Positions 7,821-16,997 of a stretch of 64,000 bases of DNA are shown one piece after another. Location of the stretch: the NCBI GenBank assembly GCA_015055975.1, contig SVHF01000002.1, positions 2,225 to 66,224 on the forward strand. The letters run 5' to 3'. Each line of letters starts with the position of its first letter. Position 1 is the first letter of the stretch. This stretch comes from Clostridiales bacterium. Lineage in GTDB: Bacteria; Bacillota; Clostridia; Christensenellales; UBA3700. The notes under the pieces are model-generated. The model did no database searches. It was not told where the DNA came from and saw nothing but the letters and a program-made list of their open reading frames with translations. The position numbers were made by a program, and so were the translations under genes.

Positions 7821-10123
7821 AGAGATTTGCATTAGCAGGAAACCCAAACTGTGGTAAGACAACATTGTTTAACTCTCTAACTGGTGCTACAGCTCACGTT
7901 GGTAACTGGCCAGGCGTTACAGTTGATAAGAGAGATGGTGTATACAAAAAGTGTGCAGAACCTGTTCAAATTGTCGATTTGCCAGGTATTTATTCATTAT
8001 CACCATATACACCAGAAGAAGTAATCGCAAGAAATTACATTCTAGATGAAAAGCCAGATTGCGTCATCAATATCGTTGATGCTACAAACTTGGAAAGAAA
8101 CCTATATCTAACAACTCAAGTATTAGAAATGGATGTTCCAGTCGTTGTTGCTTTAAACATGATGGATGCTGTAAAGAAAGCTGGCGATTCTATTAACGCA
8201 AAACTTTTGGAAGAAAGATTAGGCGTTCCAGTTGTTGAAATTTCAGCTCTAAAAGAAACTGGTTTAAAAGAATTAATGGATAAAGCTTTCAATGAAAGCA
8301 AGAAGATTAGAGAAGGACAAACAGTTCTTGAAACATCACCACTTGGTCATTTAATTGGAGATGTTAAGATCGCTCTTAAAGGACAAAATGTAGCAAATCC
8401 ATTATTCCATGCAGTAAAGCTTGTTGAACAAGATGAAATTGAAGCTGAAATGCATAAAGAAACTCTTCCAATGGTTGAAGATTTCAAAAAGACTTATAAC
8501 GATGATATCTTTGGAACAGATTTTGAAGCACTAGTTGCAGATGCAAGATATAAATACATATCTTCAAATTTCGCATCAGTTCTATCTAAGAAGTCTAAAG
8601 ATAAGACACAGATGTCTAAGTCAGATAAAGCAGATAAAGTATTGACACATAAGTGGTGGGGTATTCCTATTTTCTTACTAATACTATTCGGTATATTCCA
8701 CTTAACATTCGGTGAAGATTTACTATACTTAGGTAAGATTTTCTCATTGCCATCACTAGAAGATTTAGGTTTATTAGATGAAGATGGTGAAGCAATTAAC
8801 TTTGGTGTAAGAATCTTGGCTACATTCTATGATGGAGCCGTGATGTCGCCGGGCGTTTGGATTAACAACGTTTGGAACGACTTAATCGTCGGCGAATTCT
8901 TTGGATGGCTAGGTGGCATTGTAGAAGAAAGCGGCATGGCACCATGGGCAATCGGGTTAATTAACAACGGTATATTTGATGGTATTTCAGCAGTTCTATC
9001 ATTCTTACCACCAATCTTAGTATTATTCTTATTCTTCTCAATTTTGGAAGATTCAGGATATATGGCAAGAATTGCATTCATTCTTGATAGAATGTTCAGA
9101 AGATTTGGATTATCTGGTCGTGCATTTATGCCTATGATCATGGGCTTTGGATGTTCAGTTCCAGCTATGATAAATACAAGAACTTTGGCAGATGATAAAG
9201 AAAGAACAGCAACAGTTAGAGTTATCCCATTCTTCTCATGCGGAGCAAAACTTCCAATTCTTACAGCCGTAGCAGGTGCAATCGTAGCATTCTTCGGAGT
9301 AGGTAATGCAGATGTTATAACATTCTCTATGTATGTATTAGGTATTGTTACAGCTATCGTATGCGTATTGTTAATGAGATCAACAACTCTAAAGGGTGAA
9401 ACACCTCCATTTATTATGGAATTGCCAACATACCATATGCCACAATTTAAGAATTTGATGGCTCACCTTTGGGATAAGACAAAGCACTTCGTAAAGAAAG
9501 CTTTCACAATTATCCTTGCATCAACAATCGTAATTTGGGCGTTAACACACTTCAGCTTCAACTGGACATTCCTAGAAGACGAACAAGTAAATGAAAGTAT
9601 CTTAGCTGGTATTGCTCAATTAGTACAACCAATCTTTACTCCACTTGGATTTGGTTCTCAATTAGGACAATATGGTTGGGTATTTGTAGTAGCAGCTGTT
9701 GCTGGTTTAATCGCAAAGGAAAACGTTATTGCTACATTCGCAACATTGGCAGCATGCTTAATGGCAGTAGTTGGACTAGACTTTGGTGAATTAGCAATTG
9801 ATGCAGAAGATGGTATCGATGCTGTACAAGCTATGATCCAAGCAACAGGTATAACAATTCCAGGTTTGATTGCGTTTATCGCATTTAACATGACAACTAT
9901 CCCATGCTTTGCAGCAGTAGCTACAGCCAAAGCTGAATTAGGGAATAAGTCAACATACCACTGGACGTTAGTATTCTGGTTAGTTGCATCATATGTAGTA
10001 GCAGCAATAATATACACAGTAGGTTCTTGGTGGTGGACAATCTTCATCTGGGCAGTAGTATGTGCAGGTGTAGTAGGATGCATCATCTGGAGAAACAAAA
10101 TGGCAGCAAAGAGGTTGAACTAA
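7817..10123 (+). CDS. feoB: Ferrous iron transporter FeoB
   Basis: N-terminal G-domain MKRFALAGNPNCGKTTLFNSLTG..VGNWPGVTV..DLPGIYSL followed by a polytopic membrane domain. Start moved to ATG 7817 (SD ggagg); the track start at 7793 lies inside feoA. Confidence 0.95.
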   Translation: MKRFALAGNPNCGKTTLFNSLTGATAHVGNWPGVTVDKRDGVYKKCAEPVQIVDLPGIYSLSPYTPEEVIARNYILDEKPDCVINIVDATNLERNLYLTTQVLEMDVPVVVALNMMDAVKKAGDSINAKLLEERLGVPVVEISALKETGLKELMDKAFNESKKIREGQTVLETSPLGHLIGDVKIALKGQNVANPLFHAVKLVEQDEIEAEMHKETLPMVEDFKKTYNDDIFGTDFEALVADARYKYISSNFASVLSKKSKDKTQMSKSDKADKVLTHKWWGIPIFLLILFGIFHLTFGEDLLYLGKIFSLPSLEDLGLLDEDGEAINFGVRILATFYDGAVMSPGVWINNVWNDLIVGEFFGWLGGIVEESGMAPWAIGLINNGIFDGISAVLSFLPPILVLFLFFSILEDSGYMARIAFILDRMFRRFGLSGRAFMPMIMGFGCSVPAMINTRTLADDKERTATVRVIPFFSCGAKLPILTAVAGAIVAFFGVGNADVITFSMYVLGIVTAIVCVLLMRSTTLKGETPPFIMELPTYHMPQFKNLMAHLWDKTKHFVKKAFTIILASTIVIWALTHFSFNWTFLEDEQVNESILAGIAQLVQPIFTPLGFGSQLGQYGWVFVVAAVAGLIAKENVIATFATLAACLMAVVGLDFGELAIDAEDGIDAVQAMIQATGITIPGLIAFIAFNMTTIPCFAAVATAKAELGNKSTYHWTLVFWLVASYVVAAIIYTVGSWWWTIFIWAVVCAGVVGCIIWRNKMAAKRLN

Positions 10124-10299
10124 TGGGTGTTTTAGAAATAATACTAATAGTTGCGTGCGCCGCAATAGTTATAGGTGTAATAACAGCATCAATAATTAAA
10201 AAGAAACAAGGCAAATGTTCTTGTGATTGCGGAGGAGATTGCGCTCATTGCGCAGCCTGCATGGCAGCTCAAAAAAAGAAACAGTCAAAAAATATATAA
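10123..10299 (+). CDS. FeoB-associated Cys-rich membrane mini-protein
   Basis: MGVLEIILIVACAAIVIGVITASII (TM) followed by KCSCDCGGDCAHCAAC. The ATG overlaps the feoB TAA (taATG). The 90-aa ORF in the track is an upstream extension inside feoB. Confidence 0.75.
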   Translation: MGVLEIILIVACAAIVIGVITASIIKKKQGKCSCDCGGDCAHCAACMAAQKKKQSKNI

Positions 10300-10322
10300 C
10301 TTAAGCCAAACACAAAAAACAG

Positions 10323-10360
10323 AGATAGCGAGCATTAGTGTGCTTGCTATTTCTTTATTA
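10323..10360 (+). terminator. Rho-independent terminator after the feo operon
   Basis: About 10-12 bp stem atagcgagca/tgcttgctat (one G-U pair), 6-nt loop, then ttctttattattt. Confidence 0.6.
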
Positions 10361-10449
10361 TTTAACTTTAACCTGTATACATTTTTTAATATTAGTGATA
10401 AACTAAATATGAATATGAAATAAATTTCACAAAATAGAGGATAAAGAAA

Positions 10450-11067
10450 ATGGGACTTATTAAAAAATACATGAATCAAACAAGAAAGCCAAATGGATTT
10501 TTAGGCAAGATGATGCTTAAAGGAATGAACATGGGACACGCTAAGCTTTCTGACTTTGGAATATCAACTCTTCCAAATAGGGAGTTTTTTAATATTGCAG
10601 AACTTGGCTGTGGCGGTGGCAGAAATATTGATGCGCTATTAAACAAATACTCAAAAGCAAGAATAGTTGGTGTAGATTATTCGCCACTTTCTGTTGAAAA
10701 AGCAAAAGAATTTAATAAAAAGAACATGTCTCGTTGCGAAATTAAACAAGGTGATGTATCAAAGCTTGATTTGCCTAAGAATAAATTTGATCTAGTTACA
10801 GCGTTTGAAACAATTTATTTTTGGCCAAATATTGACAAATGTTTCAAAAACATTTTTGAGATATTAAATGATAATGGTTATTTTCTTATTGTAAATGAAC
10901 TTGAAGGAGAAGATAAATCAAGTTTGAAATACGAAGAAATGATAGAAGGATTAAAGGTATATAAGATTGTTGAACTAGAATGCATTTTAAAAGATGCAGG
11001 ATTTAGTGAAGTAGTAGTAAATAAAGCTCAAGGGAAGGCATGGTTTTCAATTGTAGCAAAAAAATAA
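10450..11067 (+). CDS. Class I SAM-dependent methyltransferase
   Basis: Motif I AELGCGGGRN, then VGVDYSP..., and the post-I/II pattern DLVTAFETIYFW. Confidence 0.8.
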   Translation: MGLIKKYMNQTRKPNGFLGKMMLKGMNMGHAKLSDFGISTLPNREFFNIAELGCGGGRNIDALLNKYSKARIVGVDYSPLSVEKAKEFNKKNMSRCEIKQGDVSKLDLPKNKFDLVTAFETIYFWPNIDKCFKNIFEILNDNGYFLIVNELEGEDKSSLKYEEMIEGLKVYKIVELECILKDAGFSEVVVNKAQGKAWFSIVAKK

Positions 11068-11076
11068 AGGTGGGAT

Positions 11077-11325
11077 ATGAATAAATATATCATAGGTATT
11101 GATGGAATGATGTGTGGGATGTGTGAAATGCACGTCGAATCAAAAATCAAGGAAAGCTTTGTAGTAAAAAAAGCAAAAGCTTCACATATTACAAATAAAG
11201 TAGTTGTAATTACTGAAGCAAATCTTATAGAGGATGATTTTAAAGCAGCTTTAGATCCAACCGGATATAGAGTAACATCTTTTGAAAAGCAAGCTGCTAA
11301 AAAGACACTTTTAGGATGGAAATAA
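11077..11325 (+). CDS. Heavy-metal-associated (HMA) domain metallochaperone-like protein
   Basis: GIDGMMCGMCEMHVE contains the GMxCxxC metal-binding motif. 82 aa with ferredoxin-like HMA size. Confidence 0.8.
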   Translation: MNKYIIGIDGMMCGMCEMHVESKIKESFVVKKAKASHITNKVVVITEANLIEDDFKAALDPTGYRVTSFEKQAAKKTLLGWK

Positions 11326-11326
11326 A

Positions 11327-12118
11327 ATGGTAGATATAGCATATCCAATAATTGGTATATCTTTGATATTTATATGTACAACATTGGGTGCATTATTGGT
11401 ATTTTTTGTAAAGAAAGAAGTATCTCCAAATATGAATAAGATATTCATATGATTTGCTGGGGGTGTAATGTTTTCTGCATCTTTCTTTTCTTTAATAAAG
11501 CCAGCTCTTGAATCTAATGTTACATATCTGCCAGCTTGGGTAATTGTATCTATATCTATTATTTTGGGAGCAGCGTTTTTATGGTTAATAGATAAGCTTG
11601 TTCCTCATTTCCACGCAAATGTTAATAAAGAAGAAGGTCTATCTTCAAGAAAACTTTCTAAAACATCTAAGATGTTTTTGGCTGTTACAATTCATAATAT
11701 CCCAGAGGGACTATCTGTTGGTATAGCTTTTGGCGTTGCGCTATCTCAAGCAAATAACGCATCTTTATTAATGGGTGCATTATTATTGGCAGTAGGAATT
11801 GGTATACAAAACATTCCAGAAGGAACGGTTGTATCTTTGCCAATTAAAGGGGAAACAGGTTCATCTCCTAAGGCGTTTTTGTTTGGGATGTTATCTGGGG
11901 CGGTTGAACCAATTGCTGCAGTTATTGGATTGTTTTTAGCTATGCAAATACAAGGTATAATGCCGTGGGCATTAGCTTTTGCGGCTGGCTGTATGATATA
12001 TGTGGTTGCAGAAGAAATGATTCCAGAAATGACAAGTGAAGGTCATAATCATTATGGAGTTTGGGCATTTTGCCTAGGCTTTGTAATAATGTTGGTTTTA
12101 GATTGCATACAGTTTTGA
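11327..12118 (+). pseudogene. zupT: ZIP-family zinc transporter (ZupT/GufA-like) interrupted by an in-frame TGA at 11450-11452
   Basis: ATG 11327 opens MVDIAYPIIGISLIFICTTLGALLVFFVKKEVSPNMNKIFI-TGA-FAGGVMFSASFF..., in the same frame as the 11468-12118 ORF. Two HNIPEG/QNIPEG motifs are present. The total of 263 codons matches ZupT length. The stop sits where ZupT homologues have Gly (SLGFAAGIM). Confidence 0.8.
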
Positions 12119-12162
12119 CATAATTTATTTCTTTCATAATTATGCTCCGATATGACCAAGGG

Positions 12163-12200
12163 ATACATTGTAGGTTTTATTATCTGCAATGTATTTCATT
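12163..12200 (+). terminator. Putative terminator after zupT
   Basis: Stem acattgtag/ctgcaatgt (extendable with wobble pairs), 8-nt loop, then atttcatttt. Confidence 0.45.
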
Positions 12201-12227
12201 TTAAACGAATGCATTATTTATATAATG

Positions 12228-12236
12228 TGTTATAAT
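12228..12236 (+). promoter_or_regulatory. Extended -10 element (TGtTATAAT) upstream of the glycosyltransferase gene
   Basis: The sequence tgttataat lies 39 nt upstream of ATG 12275. No good -35 was seen. Confidence 0.35.
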
Positions 12237-12274
12237 GGTATAGGCTAAATGGGGTTAAGCAAAGGAGATTTTAA

Positions 12275-13453
12275 ATGGAGCAAAAGCCAAAAGTACTATT
12301 AACGTATATCGAGTCAGGTATGGGGCATATTACTTCTATGCAATCTATTAAAGAAGGATTACAAAAGTATGCGGATGTTCTAGATATAAAAGAAGATTTT
12401 ATAATGCGACATAATACGTCAGCTAAAATCTACGAAAAATTTATTACAAGAGAGTGTGCTAACTGCGTTAAGCATCCATTATTTGGAACATTCATGTTCT
12501 GGTTTTTTGATGTAATTGGCGGTATTGAATCTTTAGCAGCACTTCATCACTCAATTTTCTATGTAGCATATCACGCTATTATGAAACACTTCGAAGAAGA
12601 AAAACCAGCAGTAATTATAAGCACTCACTATTTTGTAACTTATGTTGCTGTTAGATATAAAATGAAGCACGATCCAAATTGTATCGTCATTACATATAAC
12701 CCAGATAACAATGTTCATATGTGGTGGGATGGAAGAGAAGGCTTATTCTTAGTTAATAACGAAACAGCAAGACAAGAAGCTATTAACAAGAGAAAATTTG
12801 ATCCAGAAAGAGTTATAAACGTTGGATTTAGCAAGAGAAAGGAAGTTGTAGATTGTACAGCTACAAAAGAAGAATTAAGAGATAAATATAATCTTCCACA
12901 AGATAAATTTACAGTTCTTATAGCAGATGGAGCATACGCAGTAGGTCGTTCTAAGGATTTCTGTAGACATTTACTTTGGACAAAGAAAGATATAACAATT
13001 ATTTACCTTGCAGGTAAAAATATTAAAAAGCATTACTACTTCTTAAAGAAAAAGGCAAAGCTTGAAAAGAAAGGAAGAACAAATATTGACTTTAGAATCC
13101 TTGAATTTACACCAAAGATTTATGAATATTATAAAGCTTGCGATTTGGTTATCACAAAGGCAGGCCCAAATACACTTTTGGATTGCTGTTTAGTTGGTAC
13201 ACCATTTATCGCAAACCTATTACCTCAACCAATGGAAAAAGCTGCTTATCAATTATTTGTTAAAGATAAGAAGTGTGGTATGGGCGTATTTAGAGATTGG
13301 CAAATTCAAAAAGTTGTTGAGCATATCATAGATTGCCCAGAAACACTTGATGAATATAAAGAAAATATGAAATATTTCCAAAACATGCCAAATGGTGTAG
13401 AAAAGATTTCACAAGTAATTGAATCAGAATTGAAAAAGCAAGGACTTATTTAA
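12275..13453 (+). CDS. GT28-type glycolipid glycosyltransferase (UgtP/MGDG-synthase-like)
   Basis: N-terminus KVLLTYIESGMGHITSMQSI and C-terminus DLVITKAGPNTLLDCCLVGTPFIANLLPQPMEKAAYQLF parallel B. subtilis UgtP (MITKPGGITLTEA..GVPVILYKPVPGQEKENANFF). Confidence 0.7.
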   Translation: MEQKPKVLLTYIESGMGHITSMQSIKEGLQKYADVLDIKEDFIMRHNTSAKIYEKFITRECANCVKHPLFGTFMFWFFDVIGGIESLAALHHSIFYVAYHAIMKHFEEEKPAVIISTHYFVTYVAVRYKMKHDPNCIVITYNPDNNVHMWWDGREGLFLVNNETARQEAINKRKFDPERVINVGFSKRKEVVDCTATKEELRDKYNLPQDKFTVLIADGAYAVGRSKDFCRHLLWTKKDITIIYLAGKNIKKHYYFLKKKAKLEKKGRTNIDFRILEFTPKIYEYYKACDLVITKAGPNTLLDCCLVGTPFIANLLPQPMEKAAYQLFVKDKKCGMGVFRDWQIQKVVEHIIDCPETLDEYKENMKYFQNMPNGVEKISQVIESELKKQGLI

Positions 13454-13455
13454 TA

Positions 13456-14322
13456 ATGAAAATTAACTGGGATAAAGAACATGAAGAACTAGAATATCAA
13501 GGCAAATTTGACGAGTATACAACTCCATATAACTTTGACCACACAATTCCAGTTGACGAAAATTACGAATATATCCCAAAGAATTTAGGATTTAAAATTT
13601 CTAGTTGTTTTTATAGATCGCTAATGTTCCTTCTAGGTGCACTAGCAACTAAAGTTGCATTTGGCGCTAAATATTACGGAAAGAAAAAACTAAAGGACTT
13701 AAAAAAGAAAGGCTATTTTACTGTTATGAATCACTGTTCATACTTGGATAGTTTAATGTTAAGACATGCAATTGGTGATACAAAGAAAGTTTATCTAACA
13801 GTTGCGCCTCATAATAATAAATCTGGCTTTGGTGGACACGTTTTAAGAGCTGGTGGTATATTGCCACTTGCAGAAAAATTATCTGCAGTTAAAAACATGA
13901 ACAAAGCTTTCCACGAATTAATTCAAAAAGGAAACGTTATTCAATTCTATGCTGAAAAAGCTATGTGGATGCATTATGAAAAGCCACGTCCTTTAAAAAG
14001 AGGAGCTTTTACATATGCTGTAAAAGAAAATGTTCCAGTTGTTCCAGTATTTATTAGATGGGCGCCAGCAAAGGGATTAAGAAAACTTCTAGGATGGAGA
14101 AAGGTTGCATCTGTAATAGTTCTAGATCCTGTATATCCAAAAGAAGGATTATCTACAAAAGAAAACACAATTTATATGCAACAACAAACACAAAAAGAGT
14201 TTATTGATGAATATAGAAGATTCTTCAATGTTCCAAAAGATCAAAAGCCATGTATCTATGATATAGGTGAAGAATATATGGACACATTAAATGAAGAAAC
14301 AAAATACGCAGTAACTCTATAA
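13456..14322 (+). CDS. Lysophospholipid (PlsC-family) acyltransferase
   Basis: NHCSYLDS (the NHxxxxD catalytic motif) and FYAEKAMW...PLKRGAF (block III/IV-like). Confidence 0.75.
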   Translation: MKINWDKEHEELEYQGKFDEYTTPYNFDHTIPVDENYEYIPKNLGFKISSCFYRSLMFLLGALATKVAFGAKYYGKKKLKDLKKKGYFTVMNHCSYLDSLMLRHAIGDTKKVYLTVAPHNNKSGFGGHVLRAGGILPLAEKLSAVKNMNKAFHELIQKGNVIQFYAEKAMWMHYEKPRPLKRGAFTYAVKENVPVVPVFIRWAPAKGLRKLLGWRKVASVIVLDPVYPKEGLSTKENTIYMQQQTQKEFIDEYRRFFNVPKDQKPCIYDIGEEYMDTLNEETKYAVTL

Positions 14323-14343
14323 GAGATAGAATAGCAATAAATT

Positions 14344-14370
14344 ATCTCCCGTTTGGGAGGTATTTTTTTT
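14344..14370. terminator. Terminator hairpin between convergent genes
   Basis: atctccc-gttt-gggaggt followed by T8 (14363-14370). Confidence 0.6.
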
Positions 14371-15343
14371 ACTTTGTAGCTTCTTCACAATTAAACAGAT
14401 CTTCTATAATCTTTGCAAATGCGATTGAATTTTGATGGGTCCATTCGTTGCATTCAAGTTTTCCATCTTCTAAAGCTTTCTTGCAAGCAATAAGTTCATA
14501 TTCAAATCCGCCGTATTTTGGCTTAGTTATTTTGCATGAAGTCAAAATCTTGCATTTATTGAACGTTGTGATGACGTTTGGACAATTTACCATATCTATG
14601 TTCATTGTGCCTTTATCGCCCTGAATTTTAACCGTAAGGGTAAGTTTTGTTGTGCCATCGACTTTGCAGATGCCTTTAACGCCATTTTTATAATTGAAAG
14701 TTAAATCTTCTTTTATATCTACGCCGTTTTTATATGTGATGTTATTTATGTCGTAAGAATCATAATCAAAACCTAGCGTTCTAAATACAAAAGATACAGG
14801 GTAGATTCCTATATCCATCAAAACGCCACCGCCTAGAGCACGTGATGTAACTCTTTCTTTATGCATAAGCGGAACCATAAATTTTGCTGTCATAGATTGA
14901 ATGTTTCCAATTTTTTTCTTTTCATAAAGCATATGGTGGATATATTGTCTTGATGGCATAAAGCTTGTCCATAAAGCTTCTGATATAAATACGCCAGCTT
15001 CCTCAAATTTTTTATATATACTTTCAGTATCTTTAAGAGACGTCGTTAATGCTTTTTCACATAAAACTGGTTTTTTATATTTCAAGCATAATTCCATTTG
15101 TTCTAAATGCACAGAATGAGGAGTAGAGATGTATACCAAATCTACATTTTCATCTTTTAACATATCTTCATATGAATAGTATGCTTTTTGAAAACCATAT
15201 TTTTCTTTAAAAGCATCAGCTTTTTCTTTTGAACGTGATGCTACTGCATAATTACAAAAACCTGGCAAATTCTTTATTGTTGAGGCCATCTTATTTGCAA
15301 TATGACCAGGTCCGATTAATCCAATTCTTAGATCTTTTCCCAT
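14369..15343 (-). CDS. Gfo/Idh/MocA family oxidoreductase
   Basis: N-terminal Rossmann LRIGLIGPGHIANKMA and the EKALT motif (VLCEKALT). Confidence 0.8.
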   Translation of the reverse strand: MGKDLRIGLIGPGHIANKMASTIKNLPGFCNYAVASRSKEKADAFKEKYGFQKAYYSYEDMLKDENVDLVYISTPHSVHLEQMELCLKYKKPVLCEKALTTSLKDTESIYKKFEEAGVFISEALWTSFMPSRQYIHHMLYEKKKIGNIQSMTAKFMVPLMHKERVTSRALGGGVLMDIGIYPVSFVFRTLGFDYDSYDINNITYKNGVDIKEDLTFNYKNGVKGICKVDGTTKLTLTVKIQGDKGTMNIDMVNCPNVITTFNKCKILTSCKITKPKYGGFEYELIACKKALEDGKLECNEWTHQNSIAFAKIIEDLFNCEEATK

Positions 15344-15514
15344 AAATAACCTCTTGATTTTATTAGTTATATGATAGTAAAAAATGTATGCTTTTACAAG
15401 ATTAAAATAAATCTTGTCGCATTAGTGCTATAATAGAAAAGGCGAATTTATAAAAATAGTATTAATTTCAGGCTAGAAGAAGCACCCAAGACATTTTTAT
15501 AATCGCTTTAAAGG

Positions 15515-16990
15515 TTGAGGGGAATGGTTAGGACTAGCAAGAAAGTTTGGGTTATCGTTTTGGCGTTTGTCATTATGGCAATTGTAATTGCTATATCTTT
15601 AATGCTTGCTCTAAATCTTGGGTATGTTTATTCGCCAACTCATGCAGATCAGCTTATAAAAGAAGGAGAACTTTGTGAATTAACCATTGAATATAATGGT
15701 GCTAATGGCATGCCAGAAAAAGAAGTGAAGTATATTGAGGCGTTTTCTTTATATACTTTCCCAAAAGTTGAAAAAGATGGTTATAAGTTTTTCTGTTGGT
15801 TTTGTAATTTTGTTTCTTACCAAGAATCTGTTCCAATTTATGCTAAAAAGATAAGAGCAATCGCTCAATTTGAAAAAGATTATTCTTCAATTGATTCGCC
15901 ATGCGCTTTGTTTAGTGCAAATACTACATACGAAAAATACGAAGTCGGAGAATATAGCGATATAAATCAAAAGGTTGTTGACGTGTATGTTGATGGTGGA
16001 TATGGCGTTTCTATTTTCGAAAAGAAAGATTTTAAAGGGAAACAAACGAATATATATTATCAAGGGAACTTTTCTGGAAAAGTAGGCTCAATGAAGGTAT
16101 TTAGAATCGATACAAAAAGCGTAACTATTCCAGATCTTTCAGATAATACAAAAGCAGAGTTATTAAAAACATATGCTCCAAGGCTATGGTGGGATGAAAA
16201 TGAAAAATATTATGCATCTTCTGTTGAATTTGCTTTGCAACATTTAAAGAGAGAACTATCGCCATATGGGTATATGGGAGTAGTTGAAGGCGTGGATTCT
16301 CCAACATATAAAGAAGAATATTTCTTCGGCGATAAAGATAACATGAAAGCCTATGGCTTTATAGTAGAAAAAGAATATAAATATATTGATTTATGCTATT
16401 ACATTTATTTCCCTTACAACAAAGCAAAAGAAGTATTAGGTATGGAGTTTGGAAACCATATTGGTGATTGGGAGCATGTGATTGTTAGACTTTTAGTTGA
16501 AGAAAATTCTGGAGTTTTAAGCATAACGCCTATATTTGCTCAATATGGTATTCATAGCGAAAGATTATATATCCCTTGGAATGAGCTTCCAAGATTTGAA
16601 GAAACACACCCATTTGGCTTTATTGCAAATGGAAGTCACGGTATATGGCCAAATGCAGGCAAGAATGTTTATAAAGACTTGTTCATTATAAAGCTTTCAG
16701 ATATTTGCTCAGAAGGTGAGAATTGGGATTTATGGGAAGGAAGCAATTTAGAGACATATTCATATGATGCAAAAACATGGACAGGAAAAGGTATTGGGGA
16801 GTCAAATTGGAATACTTGCTTTGACCATGATTTTTATAATAGAAAATCTAATTCGCTTGTAAGATGGGGCAACTTTGGGTATGAATACCCAATACAAGTA
16901 TATGCAAGGCTACAAAATGCACCTGAAGGCCCAACTTGCAAAAAGGGTGTTTTTGATTATTACACAATAGATACAAGATTCTATTATTGA
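15515..16990 (+). CDS. Membrane-anchored/secreted protein with an Flg_new-like repeat and a Vps62/DUF946-like domain
   Basis: N-terminal TM [31 protein letters not shown] is a Listeria-Bacteroides repeat signature. [49 protein letters not shown] and APEGPTCKK parallel plant DUF946/Vps62 blocks. The start is ambiguous (TTG 15515 or ATG 15524). Confidence 0.7.
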   Translation: [491 protein letters not shown]

Positions 16991-16997
16991 TTAAATC

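Noticed and set aside
9658-10098. 146-aa minus-strand ORF inside feoB. Similar antisense ORFs occur at 866-1069, 1699-1914, 2821-3129, 5263-5574, 6206-6538, 8827-9141, 28693-29121, 31951-32328, 43870-44289, 45070-45330, 56034-56297 and 63467-63889.
   Set aside because: All are embedded antisense to genes with strong homology-type evidence. They have low-complexity or hydrophobic mirror composition (for example the Ser-rich 43870-44289 opposite the poly-D/E tract) and lack SD sequences. They are treated as frame shadows.
10027-10299. 90-aa version of the FeoB-associated ORF, and the 222-aa version of maf (29519-30187)
   Set aside because: The upstream parts lie inside feoB and the Sel1 gene respectively, in another frame. 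The conserved protein N-termini begin at ATG 10123 and ATG 29636, each overlapping the preceding stop.
11450-11452. Genome-wide UGA reassignment (UGA=Gly as in code 25, or UGA=Trp as in code 4), suggested by the TGA at a conserved Gly position in zupT
   Set aside because: TGA ends several well-supported genes exactly at their natural C-termini, usually in ATGA overlap with the next start. Examples are feoA2/feoB at 7817-7820, the rSAM gene at 33886-33889, the TIGR03936-like gene/rng at 34536-34539, and the GLUG protein gene at 6350-6352. Reading through them gives junk. Standard code 11 fits the whole window.
11450-11500. Selenocysteine insertion at the zupT TGA
   Set aside because: The aligned residue in homologues is Gly, not Cys. 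It lies in a TM helix, and I see no SECIS-like stem-loop in the ~40 nt downstream.
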